Of a DNA stretch of 64,000 bases, positions 38,241 to 51,875 are shown piece by piece. This stretch comes from Octopus sinensis. Its lineage: Eukaryota. Position numbers and translations under genes: made by a program. Within the stretch, counting starts at the first letter, position 1. The number at the start of each line of letters is the position of its first letter. The notes under the pieces were generated by a model. It saw nothing but the letters and a program-made list of their open reading frames with translations, was not told the DNA's origin and did not search any database. The DNA is taken from positions 63,860,001-63,924,000 of the forward strand of contig NC_042998.1 in the NCBI RefSeq assembly GCF_006345805.1, read 5' to 3'.

Positions 38241-40063
38241 CTATTAAAATAGATGTGCATCAGAAATTTGCGAACACTGTGTGAACAAATTTTCTCGGAT
38301 TATGCAATGTATATTCACTTCAGCATCACTGTCTAGAGAAAAGTATTTACTACAATATGAATACCCAATGGTTCCCTATCATAATCTATCTTACTTTCCG
38401 TTCACAAAGAGCATTGTATTACTTTGAATAAAATATCGCCCAGTCTCGTTAGTGTGTCAAAGATTCAATGTCTTTGTGAAGGTGGCAGTCTCAAGAATAA
38501 TTATCTTTCTGGAGGGAAACAGCGACATGAATTACAAACATGTATATGTTTAAGTATTTATTTATGCATAAACAACTATAAAAATCTCGAGTTAACCACT
38601 TAATTGTTTATTTGTATATTAATCATTTACTTAAGAAAATTATCCTTCATTAAACTGAATAACAATGATGATTTATTCACTCATTAACTTTAAAATCAAA
38701 AGACTTCATTTTAATGTAATAGCTCAATAATTATTCTCTAAAATCTCATAATAATTATTATTCAATATATTTATTTATGCATTAACTTCAACATTTTATC
38801 CGTTATTGTTGTGAAACCGTTTTTTATCCCTTTATGAATTCATGTGCTGAATATAAAACATAATATATATGATAATAGATGGCTCTGAGTCTTGTCAGCT
38901 CTTTCATGATTATATTTCTTGTCTGCATTTAATGAACTTGCCATGCATTGTGAACATGCGTACAAGACACACATATTGACTTCTCTCAGTGCTATCGACA
39001 TAGTTTGTATCTTTCATCTAGGGCAGATTTCCCTAGTTTACCTATCCCCCATTTCCTTCTCTCCACGAGTCAATGAGCTTTGGCCAGTCAAATTACTAAG
39101 ATCACGCACCACAAACCACTACTGATTCCCACTCCAGATTTACACCGAGATAAAAAAAAAATCGAGATTTTTACTAAACTAAAGTTCTTTGAAAAATTCT
39201 ATAGAGAACAGAGTTTTGTCTGATTTAAATGGACACTAACACACACACAAATATACACACAGACTCGCGCGCACACACACATATACGCACAAACGTCTAT
39301 ACATCTATACGCGCATATTCGTTGGTTAATACGCACACATATGCACTTAAACATATTTCCGCGCTTAGATACTTCCACATTAAAATAAGTCTATAGGAAT
39401 AGGCACATACGTGAATAGTGTTGTGCGTGGATACGCAGACATGTAAGTGTACGTAGATAAATCTAACTTACAAATACACTAATGATATGTGTCCGAAGAT
39501 TTGGTAATAATGCACAATATAATAATGAAACAACTAAATGACATAAGTCAACATCATAGTATCTGCACAACATAACTGCATGTATATATAGTCCACGATG
39601 GTGAGAATAGTGGATAGGTATTTATTGAATAAACTGCTAATCAAACAACAGATAGTCTGCAGAAAGCATCCAAACCAAGGTTAAGATATCCTGTGAAGTT
39701 ACGCGTAAGTTGTCTTTTTATCTCTCGGATAACGATTCGTATGGACAGGCACGAGCTGGCATTTATCGTTCCTTAAATAGTATAGAAGGGTCAAATGGTA
39801 TCTCAGTGTTGTTGGTAACGTGTGTGGTGGGGTATTCATAAGAAGGAGAGATTACGGTTATTTATCTATACAATTAGGTTAACTGTTTGTCCAAATCGTT
39901 GCTTTTTCAGAAAACCAAAAATTAGTTTCGCCATACTGTAGCCAAACCGTTGTACTACACTTTCACAATTTTCGATATCTTGGCATCAGAAGCATCTGGA
40001 GATACTATAGTTTGACCAAAAGAACTGGCTATGGCATTCAAAATTAGATATTGCCAAAAATGT

Positions 40064-40136
<73 letters not shown>

Positions 40137-40518
40137 TGTGTGCGTACGTGTGTCTACATATGTGTATATTTGCATATGTACAGCTACAGAGATATATATG
40201 CATTATATATATATATGTGTGGATGTGGTTGTGAATATGTGTGTGTGAGTGCGTGTTTATATATATATATATATATATATATCATGTGTGTATGAGTGGA
40301 TGTATATATTTGTGTGTGTGTATGAATACGAATATGTCTGATTACACACAGGTATGTTCCGGTGCATGTGTGCGTGTTTGTGTGAATGTGAGTGTGTGTG
40401 TGTGTGTGTTTGTGTGTGCGTCTTTCAGCATCTGCATGTGCATCAGATTCTTTTCTACTCCAGGCACAAGGCCCGAAACTTAGTGGGGACCAGTCGATTA
40501 GATCGACAGACTGCGTGC

Positions 40519-40581
<63 letters not shown>

Positions 40582-41337
40582 AAAAGGGTGAAATATAATT
40601 AATTTAATAAAATCAACAAATTTCACCAAGTAGTAATTCGGTATGGAAAAGGAACACATTCGGTAAAAGTTTAGATAATTATAACAATGAGGGTCTTTGC
40701 AACAAGTTGCTTGACCACATATCGAAAGTCTTAGAAATAGCAGCCAGAGGACTGCTATTTCCTTTTACTACAAAAATATGTCTCCACAGACAACAGTATT
40801 TGTAACTCATTATATGGCAAAAAATGAAGAAAAATAACGTGATCAAACAGTCCACGGTCAATTATGGACGCACGTTTCTGGATTATAATCAAAGATTCAT
40901 TTCCTTTATCAACAAAATATTCCGGTAAATAAATCAAGAAATGCTAGGAAATCTTACCCTCTATATTTCCAACCAAGCGACACGGTATTCGACGTCACTT
41001 TGCTGCACTCCTATGTACTTTTGGCGAGTATTGCTACCAAGATTGCTGAGTTTCGTGGATACCCAAGAGAGACAACCGGTTTAGATGCAACGACCCCACA
41101 ATAAGGTGATCGCACAAAGTTCAAGCCACAGAAGAATTTTTGAGAAACATGATAGGTACATGCATGCTTATACTTACATACATAGATACATAATTACATA
41201 CATTCATACCTACAAATATTCATACACACACACACACACATACGCGCATACACACACACACATACACACACATACACACACACATACACACACACACACA
41301 TACACACACATGTATATATATATATACATATGGGTGT

Positions 41338-41477
41338 GTGGTTGCTTACGAACCACACGGTTCCGGGTTCAGTCCCACTGCGTGGCACCTTGAGTAGGTG
41401 TCTTCTACTATACCCACCGCCCGACCAAAGCCTTGTGAATGGATTTGGTAGATTGGAACTATAAGAAGCCCGTCGTA
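41338..41477 (+). mobile_element. Family B SINE (CORE-like)
   Basis: ccgggttcagtcccactgcgtggcaccttgagtaggtgtcttctactata...gaccaaagccttgtgaatggatttgg. Confidence 0.85.
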
Positions 41478-41510
<33 letters not shown>

Positions 41511-42694
41511 TGTGTGTGTACATATATATATATGTACACACACACTCACACAAACACGCACGCACGCCCCCCCCACACACGCGCATATATATATGACTAT
41601 AGCGTTTCCTTAGAAGAATACACGCTGAGATGTGAATTTCGATAAATATGTGTTTAATTTATATAACTGAAGCGGTGGAAAAGATCGTATTGAAATTTAC
41701 GAATAAAATATACTTTCAGAAGCGATGAATTGCAGAAATTTTGTTTCTGCTTTCAATGTTTGCAGAAAGTATTCATAGTTAAAAAGTGTCAAGGGACATT
41801 AATTCATATCTGTTTCACATGAAACATTGCAATTGAAACAAAAGACTGAACAGTACGAAACTTGTCTGGATCGATTTCTTCGTTCAGATGTCTTTTAGCT
41901 TTAAGGTTAAATAAATTATATATTATCTTCCAAAATATAAGTCTATGGGCCGAGAATTATGCAATAGTATATGTGGCATCATTAAAATATGATAAGATCG
42001 TACGTAGTTCACTAGTGAGTATTTATTAACGGCAAATCAGATAAAGATATAATCATATAATAAAACATGACATAAGTAATCTTAAATATCCTTATATAAC
42101 TATGCATCATATGGAATATCCTATTATCAGCTTGCCCTGCTGTTGCTTATTATATTCAGAATGACAGGCAATTTATAGCAAAGGCGTCTTAAGTACAACG
42201 TTGCACTTCGGGAACTTATTTACAAACGTTTCATGATGGAATTATTGACAGAAATTGGGCTCCGTTTTCGTCATAATATTTTCTAAGATGTTACATCACC
42301 ATCATAATGTTGTTACGAGAATTCTATATAACGTTTTGGAGAGAAAAGAAAATTGAAACATAGAGACAAGGAAGATGTTTCGAAGATGATACATTGTTTC
42401 ATAATGACAGGTTGTCTCCTCAATTTCAGATACAACACAATTATCTGAAGATAATTGGATTCAATCTTCTCCTGTTATATTCGTACATGTTTCGTCAAAC
42501 TAATACAGCTATGTAAGTTTATCTAGATGCAAACATTGGGACGTATATTCATGCATACAAAAACGCACACATACGTATGTATATATATATATATACGCAC
42601 ATATATGTATAAATATATAAATATATATATATATACACACACATACACACGCACACACACATATATATATATATACATATATACATACATATAA

Positions 42695-42762
<68 letters not shown>

Positions 42763-43134
42763 GCATGCGTTTGTGTATTTATATGTATAATATACTTACG
42801 TATATATCTATATGCATTTATACTATGTATATATATATATATATGTATGTATGTATATTCAATTAGAGGTTAAATTAACCTCATTAAGGGATGGTATCAT
42901 CCAATGAATTACAGGTTTAATACCTAATGATTGATGTGAATAATAATATTCATTAAGTAATAGGTTTTGCGTAAACTACGGTTTATAAGAAAGTAAGAAA
43001 ATGGAATTATACCATTTAATAAAAATTTATTATCTGCAAAAATCAAGCATAGTCCCTTACAACTGTTACAATTAAGCCTAAAAGATTAAATGACAATTAT
43101 TAAAATCTTTATATTAGGCACACACACACATATA

Positions 43135-43445
43135 GTGAGGGCGCATGACTCAGCGTTTAGAGCGTTGAGCTTACGATCGTGAGGTAGTGAGTTCGGTTCC
43201 GGATAAGACATCTTATTTTCACGTTGCTCCAGTTCACTCAGCTCTAGAAATGAGTTGCGACATCACTGGTGCGAAGCTGTATCAGCTTTTTGCCTTACCC
43301 TTGGATGATATCACCGGCGTGGAGAGGAGAGGCTGGTATTCATGGGCGACAGCTGGTCTTCCATAAAAACAAACTAGGTTGTGCGCGTTCGCCGATGAGG
43401 CGACTATCCTTCTAGACTTGTACTCTCGACGGAGTCGAGTTGAGT
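43135..43445 (+). mobile_element. tRNA-derived SINE (family D) ending in gagttgagtt
   Basis: Head gcgcatgactcagcgtttagagcg...gagttcggttcc, body gctccagttcactcagctctagaaatgag. Confidence 0.75.
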
Positions 43446-43462
43446 TTATGTATGTATGTATG

Positions 43463-43494
<32 letters not shown>

Positions 43495-44277
43495 ATGTGT
43501 GTATGTGTTTAACAAACTCTAATACGACGTCATAAGTAGAACAAATCTCGTCCTCAATCATTTGATTACTATCATTATGGTTATGATAATGGTGAACCAT
43601 CACCATCACCATCACCACCACCACTACCACTACCACTACCTCCAGGATGATCATGATTATGATTCTGACTTTCATCAAAGCAATGCACCTCATCGTCACC
43701 ATCTTCAATCATAAGAAGCTGCATTCTAAACCAGGTGTACAAAATGTTTCTCTTCATCGCCAACGGCCTTCATTGAGTCAATGGTTTAAATATTATCAGG
43801 AGAGGATTTCACCAACAGAGAGAAATATTTCAAGAAGAATCATATGAATTCTTTCATGTAATATAAATTACAACCTACAGGCGAGCAATTATAAGGTAAT
43901 TAATAATCGTAGAATAAGCATTCAATTTTATATAAATCACAACTATCTACATCAATATGCATAGAACCTGAATTTTTCAGCATGTACTCACAGAACGCTG
44001 CGAGGTTTTGTTTTAGGTTTCAGAGCATTGTTGATTATGCATGAAAACATGCCGGTTAAATTAGAGAATTCATTCTATAGAAAAGAGGCATTCACAATTG
44101 GACAGCTATTGAAAAAATGATAAAAATTAACTAATTTAAGGTTTCTTGAAATCAAAGGGTCACAACGTCAATACTCAAACTTTTGAAGCAGCCTAGTGTG
44201 AGGTAAGAAGTGTGCATCCCAAAGCCTCGGGCCGACCAAAGCCTTCTAAATGGATTCTATATATATATATATATATA

Positions 44278-44825
44278 TAAATTAATACTTAATTAACGAG
44301 TAGTATCGCCATGCTAAGGTAGCAGTCAAAATGACCAAACCACAAGTTTTCACTCAAACGAAACGATTTTTAATTTTTACTTTTATGCGTCTTGGTACGC
44401 ATGCTAAGTGTAAAAATAATCTCCTCATATATACATATATATATATAATTGTCATTCACTTCGATCACATTCTTAAACTTACTGCGGCAGTAAAAACTTC
44501 ATCGCTCGCACACATTGTTTGAGATGAACAAACATTACAACCCTGGGGTCAGTAACACCCACCGAGGATTAACTAAGGGTATTTCTCAAAGTTCGAAATC
44601 ATGGTGACACGGGGATGTCTGACGTTTGCAATTTTCGATTATTTTCGTCATTCGTGCAGGGTTTTAGAGTTTTGTTCATATGCCCGCTTTCACCTTTATC
44701 CTTAAGTGAAAACTTGTGGTTTGGCCATTTTGACTGATATGTTAGCGGGCCGGTACTGCTTGTTAGTACCCTTAATTATTAATTTATAATTTTTAACTTT
44801 ATAGTATTTTTAACGCATGCTAAGT
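44278..44825. repeat. Inverted plus direct repeat composite (layout B-A-X-B'-A)
   Basis: Inverted repeats at 44278-44357 and 44702-44786 (cagtcaaaatgaccaaaccacaagttttcact vs agtgaaaacttgtggtttggccattttgactg). Direct repeats at 44366-44409 and 44786-44825, ending in identical acgcatgctaagt. Confidence 0.8.
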
Positions 44826-44934
44826 CAGCGATATTATTATAAACAATAATATGCCCACACACATACACACATATACATATAAATGCACACACACATACAC
44901 AGACACAGACACACACACATATATATATATATAT

Positions 44935-45125
44935 ATATGTGTCTTTGTGTCTGTGCTTCTTCCCCACCAATCTTTAACAACCGGTGTTTGTGTGTTCACG
45001 CCCTTGTAAATTAGAGATTCACCAAAAGAAACCAATGAAATAAATTCTAGATTCCTGGTTGATTAGTTCGACTAAAATGGTTCACGGTGATGCTTTCGCA
45101 TGGCCACAGGTAATGCTTAAAAGAA
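44935..45125 (+). mobile_element. Family B SINE tail module following a microsatellite
   Basis: tgtgtctgtgcttcttccccaccaatctttaacaaccggtg...gcatggccacag. Confidence 0.7.
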
Positions 45126-45204
45126 GATATACGCTAAACACACGCGCACTTCTTACACACAATACATAAACCCCCACCCACAAATCAATGTGTATTATTC
45201 TTTT

Positions 45205-45391
45205 TTATTCGTTTCAGTTATTTAACTGCGGTCATGCTGGAGCACCACTTTAGTGGAACAAATCGTCCCCAAGAGTTATTGTTTGTAAGTCTAGTACTTA
45301 TTCTATAGGTCTCTTTTGCCGAACCACTATGTTACGGGGACATAAACACACCTGCGTCGGTTGTCAAGCGATGGCGGTGGGACAAACAAAG

Positions 45392-45424
<33 letters not shown>

Positions 45425-45590
45425 AACGACGGGCTTCTTTCAGTTTACGTCTACCGAATCCACTCACAAGGCTTTAGACGGCTCGAGGCTATAGCAGAAG
45501 GCACTTGCCCAAGATGCTATGCAGTGGGACTGAAACCAAGACCATGAGGTTGGTAAGTCAGTTACTTACCTCACAGCCACTCCTGCGCCT
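45205..45590 (-). mobile_element. Full-length family B SINE (head, microsatellite, tail)
   Basis: Same three-part layout as 6490-6897. Confidence 0.88.
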
Positions 45591-47994
45591 GTGTAAGTAT
45601 ACCTGTAAATAATATCAAATCATTTTCTCCCGTCTCGAACTTCACACAACTCCGCAATAATACTAACTTTTGGCTGGTCGCCGACACATTTTTCTGCAAA
45701 ATATGCGTAGTTTATCCTTTTCATTATCATTATTCTGCGTTTGAGAATAAAATTGCTTCCTTATCTTTCAATACTTCTCAACGCTTCTAAAGTAAACTTT
45801 CTTTGTTTACTTTCATCGTAATTTGAATTTAACGTACGATAGCGTCTTATAGAGCTAGATTTATAGATCCTGAATTTACAGAAAATTTGTCGTTGGGCCA
45901 GTTTAGGGATGTAAGTTCATATCTCACGGTTGGTCGCCGACACACTTTTCTGAAAAATATTGGTAGTTTATCCGTTCATGCTATAGTATTAGCATTATCT
46001 TGCGTTTGAGACTAAAATCATTTCTACATCGTAGTCAGTAAAATTTTTTTAGTATTTTCACCTGCTACTTTGGCTTTCTGTTACCAACTTAATTATTGGT
46101 TACAAGTGTATAATTTTCTATATATTGTTCTATGCTTCTCCTAAAGTCTATTTCGCCGCGAATCTTCGTCAATCGTTGCATCTCTGTGAGACCACTTTTT
46201 AACATCTATCATGTGTTACACGAATTTTAAAAGAAAATTATTCCTTATATCTTAGATTTTCAATTAGCTTGCATCATTTCCTTTTAATAACAATTTTATC
46301 CTTTTCAGAAAAATTTATTGTCTAGCTGTTACCGTGTGCCGTAAATAGCTAAAATATGTCTGATATATCTTCATTGTTTGCGTTATTTCAGGTACTCATT
46401 CCGTCTATTGACTTCAGAATAAATTATATTTTCTATCTGCAGTCTGAAACAAAAATAGATACACAGGCGCAAGCACATTAACACTTACATATACGTGTGT
46501 GTGTGCGTGTGTGTGTGTATGTGTGTGTGTACTGGTGTGCATGTGCGTATAATGGGATGCGTGCGCATACACACGCACATGTACACACAAGCGCATATAC
46601 CTTTGCGTGTAGTAATCTACTGGGGTCGATGTAATTGTCTAATCTCTCACTAAAATCGATGGTATTGAGTCAACATTTAAAATAGTTTTAATTATTCTGT
46701 TTGTTGTTATGGCTATTTTGTTTTTATTTGTTGTATTAGTTTTTTATATCTGAAGAGTGGTGCAGTGTGGTGCATATCAGTCGTTTCTCTTTTTCACCTT
46801 CCTATATGTGAATTGTATGCATCTTGGTATATATTGATACGGAGAAACGATTTATTCCTTTTGAATGTTGATTATCGATGTTATTTGAAAGTTAGATTGT
46901 TAATTCAAAAATACTGCTCTTGTATCATTGTATCTGCCTAATATTTTTCATATTTTTTCGAAAATTATTCTGCCGTTTACTCATAGATTCCAGAGGTACC
47001 CAAACACATTTAGTCTGCTAAGAGATTTGTTTTATTATTTCGCTGACAAATTATTTTGTCGAACATTGTAGATGTTAATGCAATTCTGCAGCAGCGTTTA
47101 TACAATGAATATAAACATAACGAAAAGAATCTAGGGATATGTTATGCATGTAGTACATAGCTAACTGAAAGCTGACATTGTTAATGCGATGAAACAGCAA
47201 GGAAGCTTCATCAGTGAATATTGCATCTATAATAAAGAGAAAATCGTTAATGTTAATGATCATTCTCGTTAAGAAAGTAAACGAAAATAGCTGGAAAATT
47301 TACATTGATTACGGTGTGTATACGTGAGAGAACGTGTTATTTATAAGTACGAGCGGACTGTTATGAATGTTAATGATGATGCCCTAAACTACCCGCTAAT
47401 TCCCGACTTACCTATATGCTCTACAAAGAGATAATGTTTGCATGTCTTTATTCAAAATTGTTTTGCGATTTAATACGTTTTCATTAAAGTGATTGTCCTC
47501 TCAATCATAATGGGCACAAGAAAGCTCAAGTAAGTCTATGCTTCGCCAGTGAGGTCTAATAACATCGAAACATGTTAGAATTGTGGCTATAATCGACGAA
47601 TATCAATCAGGTTCAATCCCTACTGCATGGCTTCGTTCATTTTGCTACTATTTAATATTTTGGTTTACAGAATTGTCTATCTCGGCTTTTCCAATAAGCG
47701 ACTTCTTAATGTTAACGCGGTTGTCTTTTTGTTTTCGTCGCTGGTGTAATCTGATTGATTACATGAATTAGATTTATTGATTCAGGTGTTTTACCTTTGT
47801 GCTTATTTTATCATCTTCCAATTTACAATAGAGTAAAGGTTAGTCTTCCCCATATCCACCACATCGAACAATTGCAAACAGAATAATCGCGGAGACTACC
47901 GAATCAAATATTAGAATTTTAAATTCAGTCACTGTCGTAATAGTGCAGACGGAAGATTGAGCTTAGAATAAATGAACGTAAAGTAAATAAGAGA

Positions 47995-48049
47995 ATAGAT
48001 AGATAGATAGATAGAGATATATAGAGAGAGAAAGAAAGAGAGAGAGAAT

Positions 48050-48133
<84 letters not shown>

Positions 48134-48140
48134 GAAAGAT
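47995..48140. repeat. (GATA)n microsatellite
   Basis: Direct reading. Confidence 0.96.
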
Positions 48141-49593
48141 AGAGAAAGAGGAGACAGATGGATGGTCATTTAGTTGATGGTCATTTAGTCAACGTATTAC
48201 CGCCCTGAGGAACACAGTAACGTGTTTGGTTTGATTCATTATTTCCTGATTGCAGCTTTTCGTCGAAACATAATATATTTAAATATATTGTATTCTGACG
48301 TCCTTACGACAACATATATTCTACATATAATAATAATTTAAAGTGAAGATCGTCTCTTAAAAAATGACTGAAAATGTGTATCCTCGCAGATTATATTATT
48401 CTACGAAATTTACTTTCTCAACAATGTCTTGCATAACATTAGCGTTCTTCCTAATAATTCACATGAAGATTCGTCTTAATGCATTTATAATGTATATATC
48501 ACACAGCTTACATATCATATATATCAGACGATCTTAATCTTAATAATGAACAAATTACATGTCAAGAGACGAAGTGGAAAATAATTTATCAAAAGTTAGA
48601 CACAACGACTTTCATAAAGGTCAGACTCTTGACTGCTATTTCCGATTATCGAAACTGTGTCTAAAGAGGGGAATTTTGCGTTTATAGTCACAATTCATGT
48701 TATGCCATACATTTCTCTAACCCATGGAGGAAATGTTTTAAGACGTTTCAAGTTTGGGAAGTGTAGAGAGTTTTACGTTCACGAATTTTGTACGAGGTAT
48801 CGCATGTCATGCAACACAAGAAATATAACCGGTTATATATTTAAAGGAAACGAAAGAAAATCCTGAAATTGCTGGGAATGAATAGTAAATGGAGAGCCCA
48901 TTAGAAGTAATTAATCAAACTTCATGACTGACATATTAGATTAAATGTTTGGGCTTGATGCCTTATTTCATAAATGAATAGTTGTTATTGCCGGCTCTAT
49001 TAATACGCTGTCAGCTGTCATTTATATATCTAAAATCGTTATTTTGTATAATTAGTGAATCAGGAAGGATGGGACTTTAGCAAATCCTCCGAGAAATGAT
49101 GTGTTTGAAGCGCGGTACGTTCCGATATATCATCGCACGTAAACTGATTCAAGAGAGCCAGAAGCAATGTAACGTTTCTAGAAGGTTGTTGTATTAAGAA
49201 TATCTTGGGAACAGGGGTTAATGTAACGAATGGGGGATGGACATAAAAAGATTGACGAGAAGCAGGTGGCGGGCGGATTGAGTATTTTAGAAGTCCCACA
49301 ATTATAAAATTCCAAAATCTACCAGATCTAAAGAACACATCTAAAGAATATGATCGTGAAAGTAAGACGAGAGAAAAAGAAAAAAACAGCACATCTGTGT
49401 GCCAGATGATTAAGATCTTTCTCTCTTGAAGAGATTTGAGGTTTCGGAGAACGTCATTGTTAGTTCTGCCTCGTTAACCTTACCGATATCAGAACTGGTC
49501 GATTTTGATATTTACTTAGAAATCTTTCTACTGTAGGCAAACAGCCTGACATTCTGAAGGAGATGCCTTGACGATAATGTCGACACCAGTGTT

Positions 49594-49935
49594 CAACTGA
49601 AAGTTACTTTATCGAGCCCGAAAGGATAAAAGGCAGTGGAAATTGAACTCAGAATGTAATGACGCTATTCATATTCTCCGACATGCTAACTATTCTGCTA
49701 GCTCGCTGTCTGAAAATGATAATTCTTTCTAATTTTTGTCACAAGTCCAGCAATGTTCAGGGAAATGGAAATTCGATTCTATCGACCTCAGTACTAAACC
49801 GGTACTTATTTACTCGACTCCGAAAGGATGAAAGGCAAGTCAATCTGGGTTGAATTGAAAGTCAGAACATAAAGACGTGCGAATTGGCGCTAAGCATTTT
49901 GTCCGACATGCTATCGTTCCCGCCATCTTGCTGAC
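49594..49935 (-). mobile_element. Two degraded family A SINEs
   Basis: ttatcgagcccgaaaggataaaaggc...ttgaactcagaa, and gactccgaaaggatgaaaggcaagtc...gctaagcattttgtccg. Confidence 0.75.
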
Positions 49936-51002
49936 TTATTTATGCGCGAAATATTAATAAGCATATGCTGTTGCTGTTGTACGAAAGTAATTATTCAAAT
50001 TACATTTATAAAAATATATCTAAAAAAATATGACCTAAGAATTGTTTGAAATTAACTTACTACCTACTTGTTTTTTGTTTTATTGCTTCATATACATCAT
50101 GAAAGAACTATTTATCGTTACATTTGCCACTTATAAAACTATTATATATTGTCAGTCTTCGAAAATCAAACTTGTTCTACCATTGATATAGAAGTTCAAC
50201 CACAGTAATTCCGTATCACACCTTTAATATTAGTAAGCCGCTGTACTTGAGAAAAACATGCAAGTAACTTAGGACCAATGTATATATTATCCCTAAGATA
50301 CATATCACCGTAGATTGCAAAAGCCAACATTAAATTTATCATGTTATAAAAGCAAATAGAGTAGATATGTTGAAATGAAACTGTGTGTCAATCGGGAATA
50401 GTACTATTCCTGCCAGTACTTGGATCTGGTTCACACAATGACATCATCTGGAAAAGGTGAATTAGAAATAATACTCGTACGTATGCGACATAAATTGTGT
50501 TTATCAATGAAACATTTTTATTTCGTTTTCAGGATCAGACCAAGATTGATGCACGTTTCCTCTCGACATGTTTCAATAAATGGACAGCTAGAATAGAATC
50601 TAATACACATATATATATAGATTATAAAACAACCACAAACACACATAGACTTGCATAAATACGTTCATGCCCACGGCTTGATGTTTAGAGGTATGCATAA
50701 TATGATACAAGACTATTCAATGTATTTCATATAAAATACGAGGTATTTATTGATGAAGTAGAAAGAAAAAATAAGCTGGTATCAAATGTCACAACATCTG
50801 GATATCACTTAATCCATATTAGCGTTGTTATTTCCATGTAGACGTATCTGTAGTGTTGACATCTTACTGACGTAATACATAAATACAGACTATATTAATC
50901 GTATTGAAACCAAGATCACCCGTGGGACATATGGAATGAATCATATTTCGGATTACTGGATACAGTCACGTCCATTTATACATACATACATACATACATA
51001 CA

Positions 51003-51035
<33 letters not shown>

Positions 51036-51354
51036 GTGTGTGTGTGTGTTTGCGTGTGTATGTATATGTGGGCGTGAGCGATGTCTCTCTTTATGTGAAG
51101 TTATTTTTTATTTAAGGTTTGGGATGAAACAGCAGGATTATTCTATTCTTATTTATGCAGAACATATTATCTTTACAAGATAAAGGCCAAGTGAGACTTC
51201 GAAGTTACGTCTTCCTCGCTCACAGAAGAGAGTCGTATGCAGGCAGGAAGCTGAATCTTGAAAGTTCGTGTGAACACTTATGTATATGTATATATATATA
51301 TATATTGACACACGCATATATCTATATCTATCTATCTATCTATCTATCTATCTA

Positions 51355-51424
<70 letters not shown>

Positions 51425-51450
51425 GTGTATATATATATATATATATATAT

Positions 51451-51499
<49 letters not shown>

Positions 51500-51502
<3 letters not shown>

Positions 51503-51703
51503 CGGGAAGCTTTATGAAAACAGACAAAAGACGAAGGCAGGTGGAAAACAAACAAACAATTGTATTAGTATGGCGCTCAGGAAATGTAAATAAAACAAGT
51601 CTTTAACGTTTCGAGCCTACGCTCTTCAACAGAAAGATACACAGAGAGAAAAAAAAACACAGAAAGAAGGAGAGAAAAAAAATGCGTGCAGTAACTAACG
51701 AAT

Positions 51704-51742
<39 letters not shown>

Positions 51743-51875
51743 GTTGAACTTTATGGAAAAACAAAAGATGAAGACAGGGGCAAAAACAGGTAGGTGTATT
51801 AGTTTGACGCTCAGGAACGTGAGAAAGTATTTTACGTTTCGTGCCTACGCTCTTCAGCAGAGAGGAATACGAGAG
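51500..51875 (-). mobile_element. Two tandem ~130-bp repeats, each with a minimal hammerhead-like motif (probable Penelope pLTR derivatives)
   Basis: acgtttcg(a/t)gcctacgctcttca(a/g)cag at 51606 and 51834, each preceded by gtattagt...cgctcaggaa. Confidence 0.65.
51600..51637 (-). ncRNA. Candidate minimal hammerhead ribozyme with a variant core (CUGUUGA)
   Basis: UCUUU CUGUUGA A GAGC-GUAG-GCUC GAAA C GUU AAAGA: perfect 5-bp stem I, 4-bp stem II, palindromic ACGU stem III. Confidence 0.5.

Noticed and set aside
48203-48230. CTGAGGA followed by an acac/gtgt stem
   Set aside because: No GAAA or stem III follows; a half motif only.
50380-50600. 75-nt GT-AG intron between two putative plus-strand exons
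   Set aside because: The upstream frame is closed by a nearby stop and the joined peptide ends quickly; no supporting evidence.
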